Below, one piece after another: positions 63,456-64,000 of a stretch of 64,000 nucleotides of DNA. Position 1 is the first letter of the stretch, and the number at the start of each line of letters is the position of its first letter. Below the pieces are notes generated by a model. The model made no database searches. It saw only the letters and a list, made by a program, of their open reading frames with translations, and was not told the DNA's origin. The position numbers were made by a program, and so were the translations under genes. The DNA lies in the NCBI GenBank assembly GCA_016906335.1, contig JADEYG010000009.1:248001-312000 (forward strand), read 5' to 3'. This stretch comes from Novakomyces olei. Its lineage: Eukaryota.

Positions 63456-64000
63456 ATGCTGTCGCGAGCTGTCCGGCGGCCATTGGCTCCGCGCCGGCGC
63501 ATATACGCGACTGGAAACGCCATTGACGTAAGATCTTTGCGCAATAGCACCGTCATACTAACCGTGTCAAAATGCAGGTACGAGCATTTACAAAAAGTGC
63601 AGTATACGCAAACTTCCGGCCGAGTCGCAGCTTAAACGCCTCTGGAAAACCCGCAGATGTTGGTGCCAATGGCGTCAGCACTTATGGGCTCGGCCAAGAG
63701 CACGAGGATGAAAGTGCAGGCAAGACTGAACCTGCACCGGTTCCCGGTCTAGCTATCGGAGCGAGGAACGAGGCCCCTACGACAAGTCGCCCGGAACGGC
63801 TGGAACAGCCTCGTCCAATTGCTGATATCGAGCCAGGTTCGCCGGCAATAAACCGAGTAGAGGGCTCCTTAAAGCCGGGCGGCGATGTTTCTCCGGCCGA
63901 GTCTGTCGCTTCTGCCTCCTTCCCTGCTCCTCCTGGGCCTCAGCCAGCTAAACGCCGATTTCGATTCCGAAATTTACTGCTAGCGGCCAGCTTTGTGGGC
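63456..64000 (+). CDS. 5' part of a mitochondrial inner-membrane protein, probably Mic60/mitofilin; partial
   Basis: Presequence MLSRAVRRPLAPRRRIY, intron 63528-63577 (GTAAGA...CTAAC...CAG), Pro-rich linker, then AKRRFRFRNLLLAASFVG leading into a TM at the window edge. Confidence 0.55.

Overview
Gene-dense, intron-rich eukaryotic DNA from an ascomycete fungus, most likely a non-Schizosaccharomyces member of Taphrinomycotina. The ADE12, RAD55 and BolA proteins resemble the S. pombe orthologs as I recall them, but PEP4 and a class II DAHP synthase are also present. The genetic code is standard. I could reconstruct 28 spliced or unspliced protein genes, several of them invisible or fragmented in the ORF track: UTP4 3' end, SYM1, RAD55, MRPL33, BolA and a MIC60-like 5' end. 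No tRNA, rRNA, transposon or CRISPR was found. Most notable observations: (1) a Swc3-like (SWR1 complex) protein fused to a C-terminal atypical GATA zinc finger; (2) two intron-encoded box C/D snoRNAs, an snR63/SNORD46-like one in the FCF2 intron and a SNORD95-like one in a 5'UTR intron of ADE12; (3) an ~790-nt AUG-free leader on a G1-type cyclin; (4) unrelated minisatellites that sit specifically in promoters, plus sense-strand (UUUA)n expansions in introns; (5) a PNG1 that appears truncated, with a remnant of its conserved tail in frame beyond the stop. All homology calls come from recognising motifs by eye, not from database searches.
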